Part shown: piece by piece, positions 8,517-15,495 of the stretch
Layout of the letters: each line of letters starts with the position of its first letter
Numbering within the stretch: the first letter of the stretch is position 1
Source of the DNA: a virus
Lineage: Duplodnaviria; Heunggongvirae; Uroviricota; Caudoviricetes
IMG/VR virus record: IMGVR_UViG_3300029288_007068
Strand: one strand, 5' to 3'
DNA: 18,624 nt
Made by a program: the position numbers and the translations under genes
Notes under the pieces: generated by a model
The model's input: the letters and a program-made list of their open reading frames with translations, nothing else
Database searches by the model: none
What the model was told of the DNA's origin: nothing

Positions 8517-9347
8517 CTGTTCACTCTGATTTTGGTCATTTTTTGCAATATAGAATATATCATTTACCAACATTTCAATCATTTTACGTTTTGCTCTTTT
8601 TTCAATATGAATTTTCTTTAGCTCAGGATGAAGGTTTTGTTGTCTAACCTTTTCTTCTTTATAAATATCATAATATTTACCAAGTGGAGTTCCAGAATGT
8701 TTTTTCTGCGAAATTTTTAAATTGCCGGCAACGATTCCTAATAATTGACTTTTCATTATCGATAAACCACATTTTTTATTTTCTTCTTCTGATGCTCCTC
8801 GTCGCCTTTGCATGTGTGTCGGGTCTAACCCCCAGTAAGCGCGTAACTTACGAGGATGAATGAGTTCTTTTGGTAAATAAGCAAGAACATATGCAACAGT
8901 AACAACATCTACACCAGGAATTTCAAACAAAAACTTTTTTAACTTACTATCATTCTCTTTTAGTAACAATTCAAGTTTTTTAGTGTATTGTTCTTTTGCT
9001 TCATTCCATCTATCATACTCATCAATCCAAAAAATAGGAACAATCATTTCACATCTACTAAACCCTATAATGTGGCGTTCTATAATTGATTTGATTGAAA
9101 TAGAACGATTTCTTAAAATAACATAATTTTTTAACTCTGACATATTTGGTGATGTACCATGTATCTCAGCATGACAGAGAATACAAAGCTTCTGGAACCA
9201 CTCAGGATGTTCTTTTGAAATAATACGATGATTTCCTCTGAGAGGTTTCTCTTTCCAATAAATATAGTGAACATTGGTAGCATACCTAATACCACATTTT
9301 TCACAACTCATATCCAAAGGGTCTCTCATTTTAACAATCAATCCCAT
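8508..9347 (-). CDS. HNH-like Zn module fused to a coiled coil and an IS110/IS116 (Transposase_20)/Nop-like domain; TasH-like architecture
   Basis: CEKC(15-18)...VHYI...LCILCHAEIH(54-63); helical linker; IPGV(143-146)...RKLRAYWGLDP(166-176); C-terminal KYYDIY...HIEKRAKRKM. No DEDD RuvC domain. Alternative start at 9329. Confidence 0.75.
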   Translation of the reverse strand: MGLIVKMRDPLDMSCEKCGIRYATNVHYIYWKEKPLRGNHRIISKEHPEWFQKLCILCHAEIHGTSPNMSELKNYVILRNRSISIKSIIERHIIGFSRCEMIVPIFWIDEYDRWNEAKEQYTKKLELLLKENDSKLKKFLFEIPGVDVVTVAYVLAYLPKELIHPRKLRAYWGLDPTHMQRRRGASEEENKKCGLSIMKSQLLGIVAGNLKISQKKHSGTPLGKYYDIYKEEKVRQQNLHPELKKIHIEKRAKRKMIEMLVNDIFYIAKNDQNQSEQKG

Positions 9348-9960
9348 TTGAAAAATCTTTTATTGTTTTTACTCCTTTAGGAAATATTTCTTCTTTTGTC
9401 AAACCAAGAAAATTTATATTGGCAGTTCTCGCATCCACCCAATCACTATAAGAGTCACCAATATATAAAGTTTGTGGTGGTTCATAATAGTTTCTCTCAA
9501 CAATACTTTTTATCGACTTTGGTTTCTCCGGCGGTGTCCCGATAACTTCTTTAAAGTATTTTTCCATATTTCTTGCTTTGATTAGTATTTCCAATTCCTT
9601 CTGTGGTGTTCCCGAAAGAATAAAAAAATCATTATCTTCGTAGTTTGAGTCAAGAAACTCTTTCGCACCAACAATCCATGGTGCATCTATACTTTTTTGT
9701 AAGACTAATTCGGTAAATACCTTTGATAACTCATCCATATCTTCTTCTGAAAGAGGCAAGTCTATGAAGTTTTCGTAATAATATTTAAACTTTTCAAAGC
9801 GCGAAAGTCCACCGAATTTGAGATGGTGTTCAACGACTTTCTCAACTATCTTTGTTCCAAATGGCGCAAACATTTGTTTAAAGGCTTGAGTTTTAATATC
9901 CATCGAATCAGCCAAAACACCATCGAAGTCGAAGATGATAGCATCATAAGGTAGTTTCAT
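9331..9960 (-). CDS. HAD-family hydrolase (sugar-phosphate phosphatase-like), 209 aa
   Basis: Motif I FDFDGVL, motif II LSGT, motif III KP, motif IV IGDSYSD. Confidence 0.9.
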   Translation of the reverse strand: MKLPYDAIIFDFDGVLADSMDIKTQAFKQMFAPFGTKIVEKVVEHHLKFGGLSRFEKFKYYYENFIDLPLSEEDMDELSKVFTELVLQKSIDAPWIVGAKEFLDSNYEDNDFFILSGTPQKELEILIKARNMEKYFKEVIGTPPEKPKSIKSIVERNYYEPPQTLYIGDSYSDWVDARTANINFLGLTKEEIFPKGVKTIKDFSNGIDC

Positions 9961-10807
9961 TTGATATCTCCTCTATACATTCCAGCAATCCCTGACCCAA
10001 ATCGTGGTATTGATTTGAAGTTAACTTTTTAGCCACCTGTGGTTTAAAAGAATATGGAGTAATCTCATAATGAGACGCCCAATCTGTTGGTGGACCGAAC
10101 TCTAATTTGATATCTTTGCCAAGTATTTCTTTTATCATTATGTGGAGGTCTTTGATTCTTAGTTGCTGGTTGCCGGTTATGTTTACACATTGATTTTCAA
10201 ACTCCGGCGCTAAAATGTCCACCGAAAGGGAAGCGGCGTCTTTAACATAAATGTATTCGCGGAGTTCTTCTCCATCGCCTTTGCGGGTTATTTTGTTTTC
10301 AGTAAGAGCTTGCTTGATTGCTTTACGAATCCAATTAAATTGGTTTGCCCGCGGACCGTAAAGAGAGCCGTAGCGAAGAATCGTATAAGGGAGTTTGTAT
10401 TCGTTTGAGTAATCTTGTATGATATCTTCACAAGCCCGTTTCGATGAGCTGTAAAAGGAGCCCTTGTTGCTATATACATAGATAGACGAAGCAAAGACAA
10501 ATCGCTTGACGTCCCTTGTACAACAAGCGTTTAAGATATACGCATTGCCCATGACATTTGTTGTCAGAGTGGCAAGCGGGTCTATCGTATCTATATCAGC
10601 AGAGGCAATGAAGTTATAGACAATATCGGCTCCTTCTATGACTGAAAGAATTTTATCGTAATCAAGGACGTCACCCACAACCATATTTGAAGATGTATAC
10701 AAAGATGGTTTTGAGTCATATACCACAACTTCATGCCCACGTTTTCTCAATTCGTCCACTACATGACTTCCAAGAAAACCTGCTCCACCAAATACTACTG
10801 CTTTCAT
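9944..10807 (-). CDS. NAD-dependent epimerase/dehydratase (extended SDR), 287 aa
   Basis: GGAGFLG, FASS, YSSSK (YxxxK), LRYGSLYGP; GGTGA SD. Confidence 0.92.
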   Translation of the reverse strand: MKAVVFGGAGFLGSHVVDELRKRGHEVVVYDSKPSLYTSSNMVVGDVLDYDKILSVIEGADIVYNFIASADIDTIDPLATLTTNVMGNAYILNACCTRDVKRFVFASSIYVYSNKGSFYSSSKRACEDIIQDYSNEYKLPYTILRYGSLYGPRANQFNWIRKAIKQALTENKITRKGDGEELREYIYVKDAASLSVDILAPEFENQCVNITGNQQLRIKDLHIMIKEILGKDIKLEFGPPTDWASHYEITPYSFKPQVAKKLTSNQYHDLGQGLLECIEEISNETTL

Positions 10808-10815
10808 TTAATCAC

Positions 10816-10977
10816 CTAAATCAACGAAAATCCATAAGCAAGAAACAGAGCGCCAAAAATAACGAGAACAAGAAGTAAAATAATCTCATAAGTATTGAAA
10901 GAAATCGTTCTAATATACATCAATGCAATCATCAGTAAAAAGACGCCCACAAGGATAGTAGCAACTGCTCCAATCAT
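10816..10977 (-). CDS. Small two-TM membrane protein, 53 aa, missing from the ORF track
   Basis: Hand translation: MIGAVATILVGVFLLMIALMYIRTISFNTYEIILLLVLVIFGALFLAYGFSLI*. ATGA overlap at 10974-10977. Confidence 0.7.
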   Translation of the reverse strand: MIGAVATILVGVFLLMIALMYIRTISFNTYEIILLLVLVIFGALFLAYGFSLI

Positions 10978-11102
10978 TTCTTCTCTTCTCTCAAAACCGC
11001 TCTAATCATTTTCTTTAACATTTTTTTGATATTATCTGCGTATGGTAGCGTTATTAGTGAACCGATTATGCCTCCTAAAACGAAGGCTAATATATCATCC
11101 AT
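10974..11102 (-). CDS. Small single-TM protein with a basic tail, 42 aa, missing from the ORF track
   Basis: Hand translation: MDDILAFVLGGIIGSLITLPYADNIKKMLKKMIRAVLREEKK*. GGAGG SD; overlaps the dehydrogenase stop. Confidence 0.7.
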   Translation of the reverse strand: MDDILAFVLGGIIGSLITLPYADNIKKMLKKMIRAVLREEKK

Positions 11103-11964
11103 TTAATCCCTCCAACAGGTTTTCTATTGATTCTCTTTCCATGTCTTCCCGCGTCTCATAAGTATATGAACCAACGTGTGGCATGAGAATGGTATTGTCG
11201 AGATGGTGTAGAACTCCATTGTAAGGTTCGTGTTCATAGACATCTACTGCGGCGCCAGCAATTTTATTTTTTTGAAGAGCATTGTAAAGCGCCTTCTCAT
11301 CTACAACACCACCACGCGATGTGTTAATGAAAATAGCATTCTTCTTCATAAGACGAAATTCCTTTGTTGATATCATATGGGTTGTTTCTGGAGTTAGCGG
11401 AACATGAATAGTAATTACATCACTTTTCATTAAGACCTCTTCTAAAGATTCAAAGTGGTATCGCGGGTCATAAATTTTGTAATAGCAATTGAAATTGTCA
11501 AGAAGTTCAGCAACTTTAAATCCAACATGACCGTAGCCTATGATGCCTATCGTCTTGCCTGAAAGGTTGTTGCCCATAGTTGGTTTCCAACACCACTGAC
11601 TCATTTGTGGAATCTTTCGCAGGAGTGATAATATGAGAGCAACAGTGAGTTCAGCAACGGCTGTAGATTGAGATGTTGTAGAGAAGACTTTAATGGATTT
11701 CGTCTTTGCGTGAGCAACATCTATATTATCGAGACCACCGCCATAGCGCGAGATGACTTTTAGATTTGGACAATAATCCATAATCTCTTTGTCTATCTTT
11801 TCTGTACCAGCGATTATTCCAACAACATCATCACCGGCGAGGGAAAGGATTTCTTTTTTGGTTGGTTTTGTTTTCGGACCGAAGACAACTTTGTATGGAG
11901 ATAGTTTTTCAAGCAGCTTTGCTTTTCGATTAAAGGAGCGACTGGTTATGAGGACTTTCTGCAT
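11095..11964 (-). CDS. D-isomer-specific 2-hydroxyacid dehydrogenase (phosphoglycerate dehydrogenase-like, no ACT domain), 289 aa
   Basis: GIIGYGHVG Rossmann motif, INTSRG, DVYEHEP and PHVGS catalytic motifs. Confidence 0.92.
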   Translation of the reverse strand: MQKVLITSRSFNRKAKLLEKLSPYKVVFGPKTKPTKKEILSLAGDDVVGIIAGTEKIDKEIMDYCPNLKVISRYGGGLDNIDVAHAKTKSIKVFSTTSQSTAVAELTVALILSLLRKIPQMSQWCWKPTMGNNLSGKTIGIIGYGHVGFKVAELLDNFNCYYKIYDPRYHFESLEEVLMKSDVITIHVPLTPETTHMISTKEFRLMKKNAIFINTSRGGVVDEKALYNALQKNKIAGAAVDVYEHEPYNGVLHHLDNTILMPHVGSYTYETREDMERESIENLLEGLNG

Positions 11965-12902
11965 TTCATCATCTTCTCCACTATTTTTATATCTGCCGGA
12001 ACATCCACCGCGTGGGTTTTTGTTTCTGTGAGAACCATCTTGACTTTGATTCCATTTTCGACAAGGCGCATCATATCTACTGATTCTGCTTGCTCAAGCG
12101 GCGTCTGTGGTAGCGAAGTAAATTTGGAAAGGGTGCTTTTGGTAAAGGGAATAATACAAACTTGCTTACGATACAAAAAGACGTTTCCATCGGGGATTGG
12201 TTGTCGGGAAAAATAAAGGGCATTAGAATTGATATCTGTGACAACTTTTATTGTGTTTCTGCTCTTTGCTTCTTTATCAGTTTCAATCCTTGCCATGAGA
12301 TTCGAAACTTCTGCTTTACCATCGAATAGCGGTTGCAGGGCGGCGTCTATCATCTCAGGAGTAATCATGGGTTCATCTCCCTGAATCATGACTATTGCAT
12401 CTGGGTTAATCTTATAAGTATTGTTTAATATTTTCACCGCTTCAGCTACTTGGTCAGACGCCCTGTTATGAATTGAGGTGTGAATTGTTTTGGCACCAGA
12501 TGATTTCATACAATCCAAAACTTCCATATCTGGCGAACATATATAGACTTCATCAAGAGTTTTATTTTCTTTAGCCGCCTTCCAAACATGCCATACCATA
12601 GGTTGTCCATTAATCTTTGCGAGTGGTTTTCCGGGAAAGCGACTGGACGCCATTCTCTCGGGAATAATACCAACTATAGTTGTTTGCATTAAATAACCAA
12701 ACCAATAGTTAGACAAACACATAATGGTCAAACCAAAAAGAATTACAGTGACACCAACTAAACCAATAGTTAAAATCGGTGTTGGTGCTGAAATACCTTT
12801 CGTAGCATCAACAGATGGTGGCATACTTGCAAGTGTTATCAACGCAAGTATAAAAAAGAACGCCCCCATGCCCAACCAAATATAACCTTTCATATTTTTC
12901 AT
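11946..12902 (-). CDS. kdsB: 3-deoxy-manno-octulosonate cytidylyltransferase (KdsB-like) with an in-frame N-terminal two-TM extension
   Basis: IIPERMASSRFPGKPL, QGDEP, YFSRQPIP, VDVPAD. The catalytic domain starts at Met 12689; the coupled start at 12902 (ATGA overlap, GGAGG SD) adds 71 hydrophobic aa. Confidence 0.88.
   Translation of the reverse strand: MKNMKGYIWLGMGAFFFILALITLASMPPSVDATKGISAPTPILTIGLVGVTVILFGLTIMCLSNYWFGYLMQTTIVGIIPERMASSRFPGKPLAKINGQPMVWHVWKAAKENKTLDEVYICSPDMEVLDCMKSSGAKTIHTSIHNRASDQVAEAVKILNNTYKINPDAIVMIQGDEPMITPEMIDAALQPLFDGKAEVSNLMARIETDKEAKSRNTIKVVTDINSNALYFSRQPIPDGNVFLYRKQVCIIPFTKSTLSKFTSLPQTPLEQAESVDMMRLVENGIKVKMVLTETKTHAVDVPADIKIVEKMMKCRKSS
12695..12772. repeat. 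17-bp direct repeat (16/17 identical) upstream of the KdsB catalytic domain
   Basis: aaccaaaccaatagtta at 12695-12711 and aactaaaccaatagtta at 12756-12772. Confidence 0.75.
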
Positions 12903-13561
12903 TCTATTTTCCTCCAGCAACCCATATAGACATCCCATTCCCGCGCATTTGATGTTACATCTTCAGCGCTACATATCTTGCCTGTCTTTCTATTAAAGAA
13001 TTCTTCTTTTACCAATTCAAACCCGGAACAGAGTTGTTTAATTAATTGGTGATTGTAAATTCTATGGGAGTTAAAACATAAGTTTGGAAGCCCGCGCTTG
13101 ATGGTAGTTGTAAAGATAAGATAACCACCCGGCTTCAACACTCTTTTAAATTCTTTAAATGCCTTTGAATCTGCTTCTAAATCTAACTTATCTCCATATC
13201 GCCCGAGTCCAAAGTGTTCAATGGAACTAAGCGAAAGGATAACATCAAACAAGCCATCTGGAAAGGCAATGAAAGTTGCATTTGAAAAAGTATAATGGGA
13301 GTTTCCTATAAATTGGCGCTGTCGGACATCTATGGCGTATACTTCATATCCAGCTGAAAGGGCAGAAACAAATGAAGAATACGAACCAACATCGAGAATA
13401 AAGCAAGGACAAGTAGCATAAATCCACTTTGATGCAAAGTCACATTCAACATCTGAATATTTGCTTGGATGTGGACCTGATTCATCTCTATAATCTTTGA
13501 ATACTTTGTATGGAGAAGTGGCGCGGACTTGTTTGTATTGCTTCTTAAAGGTTGATATCAT
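12899..13561 (-). CDS. Class I SAM-dependent methyltransferase (DUF268-like), 220 aa
   Basis: LDVGS, IDVR, SLSSIEHFGLGRYGD, RVLKPGG, FNSHRIY. Confidence 0.82.
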   Translation of the reverse strand: MISTFKKQYKQVRATSPYKVFKDYRDESGPHPSKYSDVECDFASKWIYATCPCFILDVGSYSSFVSALSAGYEVYAIDVRQRQFIGNSHYTFSNATFIAFPDGLFDVILSLSSIEHFGLGRYGDKLDLEADSKAFKEFKRVLKPGGYLIFTTTIKRGLPNLCFNSHRIYNHQLIKQLCSGFELVKEEFFNRKTGKICSAEDVTSNAREWDVYMGCWRKIE

Positions 13562-14294
13562 CTAACTCTCCTTTTATCTTTTGACTAAGCAGAAGTGTAT
13601 CAAGACTAAACGCTATAAACTTGTATCGCGGGTCGAGTTCGTTTACTTGAAAGGCGAATGGTGGAATGACGTGGATACCAAGCGCTTTTTTGCTTTTTTC
13701 AGCTTCTGTTATGATTGAAGTTAAGGTTGAAAGGTATAAGGGAGAATTGAAATCGCCGGGATGACCAAGAGAGCCCGAAAGGTCGTATGGACCGACGATG
13801 ATTCCATCGATGTTTGTTTTGAGGATTTCATGGAGATTTCGGACGCCATTGATGTGTTCTATTTGGGCTATGATTACACATTCTTTTTCCAACCACTTCT
13901 TATAGGACTCAAAGTTTTCCCCATAGTTTTGTGCACAAGCAAGACCAACACCACGCTTGCCTGTTGGCGGGTAGTAAGTTGCGTCTATTGCTTTCTGGAC
14001 GTCTTCCTTCGAATTAACCATGGGTACAATAATGCCGAGAGCTCCAGCATCCAAGACCCGTTTAATGATATATGAATTGTTCTCTCCAACGCGGACGATG
14101 GGAACGCAACCCCGTAGCGAGATGATACGGATTAAGTCCTGCGCTTTGTCCAATGTAATGGACGAATGCTCCATATCAATGACGAGCCAATCAAAGTGTT
14201 GACTCATAATGTCCGCGATTATCGGGTCTCCAATCGTTATCCACGAACCGAGAGTCCGGTCGCCAGTCTTGAGTGTTTCTTTGAGATTAATCAT
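13545..14294 (-). CDS. HpcH/HpaI family class II pyruvate aldolase, 249 aa
   Basis: DWLVIDMEHS, VRV, LDAGA, PPTGKRGVG, AQIE, VGPYDLS. Confidence 0.92.
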   Translation of the reverse strand: MINLKETLKTGDRTLGSWITIGDPIIADIMSQHFDWLVIDMEHSSITLDKAQDLIRIISLRGCVPIVRVGENNSYIIKRVLDAGALGIIVPMVNSKEDVQKAIDATYYPPTGKRGVGLACAQNYGENFESYKKWLEKECVIIAQIEHINGVRNLHEILKTNIDGIIVGPYDLSGSLGHPGDFNSPLYLSTLTSIITEAEKSKKALGIHVIPPFAFQVNELDPRYKFIAFSLDTLLLSQKIKGELDDINL

Positions 14295-15495
14295 TAAACA
14301 ATCCTTCTATAAACTTGCAATATCGTTCGAGCGTTTTTGGAGTTGATTCTATCATTTCTTTCATAAACTTCTTGCGTTGTTCTGGAGTATAAGTAGCGCG
14401 GGTTGGATTTTTGGAGAATTTGCGGAGGTTCTCATACAGGTCATCCCGACAAGTAATCCTGGTTTGAGGCATGTAGCGGGAGATTGTTGGTTTGTTGCCA
14501 CAAATGTAATCAAGCATAAGGATGGGTTTGTTTTTTACAACAGCTTCCCAGATGGTACTCGTACCGACGTCTATGATTACATCTGCCCAATCAATTAGAC
14601 TGGATGGTATAACAGTATTATAAATATCAATTTTCGTATTTGGATAATTGAAACTATATGGGTTTAACTTAAAATTCCCGCGTGCATGGGATTTGATGAT
14701 TATTGATGTATCAAATTGCGTCATCATTTTAAGTAATACATGGAGTTCACTCCAGTTGACAGGCCAGTGGCTGTTGCGAAGGAAGAGTGCAATCTTTAAT
14801 GGTTGGTTGGTTGTTGATTTTCTTTGATTTTCGGATATGTGGAGTTTCATCCATTCAGCGCAATAGCGTGGCGAACCAAGAACTTTCACTTCAGTTACAT
14901 TTTTTACACAGTCATAATGGGTGGCGCAGAGTTTGTTTGGAACAAGAACATAATCAAAAATGGAACGTTGGATGTAAGGCATAAGCGAAGCACCATACGT
15001 TGTATCAGCATCTTTTTGCATCTTGTTGACATAAGGCTCATCTCCATGTGGGAGAGCGACTGTTGGAATTCCGTATATTTTACACCATACTATAAAATTT
15101 TTTACAAACAAATTACTATTCCAATCAAAGCAAACAACCATATCTTTTTCGCCGGTAATATCTCGGGTGAGCTTATCAATTAGGAACTTAGCATTCTTTT
15201 CTATCCAATTTTGGACAAACGGATATTCTTCTATAGAGGAATTCTTGGCGTAGAAGTTATTAAACCATCTCCAGAAGGCGCCACGAAAGAAGTCATTGAT
15301 GTGATAGATGTTTATGTTCTTTCTGTTTTTTGCAAGTGTTCTCAGATGCTTAATTCTGTAATCCACAAGCAACTTCTCATCTGTAGTTATTATGATGTCT
15401 GTAGTGATGTTTCGTGTTAAAATCCACTTATGGAGAATGGGCGTGATGTGGTCTATATCGTTGTTGTGGCGCAGAAAAACTATTAATTTTTTCAT
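14287..15495 (-). CDS. Putative GT-B-fold transferase (CDP-glycerol phosphotransferase / CMP-ulosonate transferase-like), 402 aa
   Basis: LPHG, LGSPRY, IKSHAR, DWADVII..GTSTIWEA..KNKPIL resemble the C-terminal nucleotide-binding half of GT-B enzymes; supported by gene context. ATGA overlap at 15492-15495. Confidence 0.55.
   Translation of the reverse strand: MKKLIVFLRHNNDIDHITPILHKWILTRNITTDIIITTDEKLLVDYRIKHLRTLAKNRKNINIYHINDFFRGAFWRWFNNFYAKNSSIEEYPFVQNWIEKNAKFLIDKLTRDITGEKDMVVCFDWNSNLFVKNFIVWCKIYGIPTVALPHGDEPYVNKMQKDADTTYGASLMPYIQRSIFDYVLVPNKLCATHYDCVKNVTEVKVLGSPRYCAEWMKLHISENQRKSTTNQPLKIALFLRNSHWPVNWSELHVLLKMMTQFDTSIIIKSHARGNFKLNPYSFNYPNTKIDIYNTVIPSSLIDWADVIIDVGTSTIWEAVVKNKPILMLDYICGNKPTISRYMPQTRITCRDDLYENLRKFSKNPTRATYTPEQRKKFMKEMIESTPKTLERYCKFIEGLFND

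Noticed and set aside
8428-9347. Intact IS110 element / bridge recombinase
   Set aside because: No DEDD RuvC domain, no SG catalytic loop and no room for a bridge-RNA-sized non-coding end; the gene abuts or overlaps the HAD gene upstream.
8400-9350. Low GC of the Tas-like gene as proof of recent insertion
   Set aside because: Hand-counted 60-nt lines were about 27-40% GC, but neighbouring genes gave about 30-35%. The contrast is too weak without a proper sliding-window calculation.
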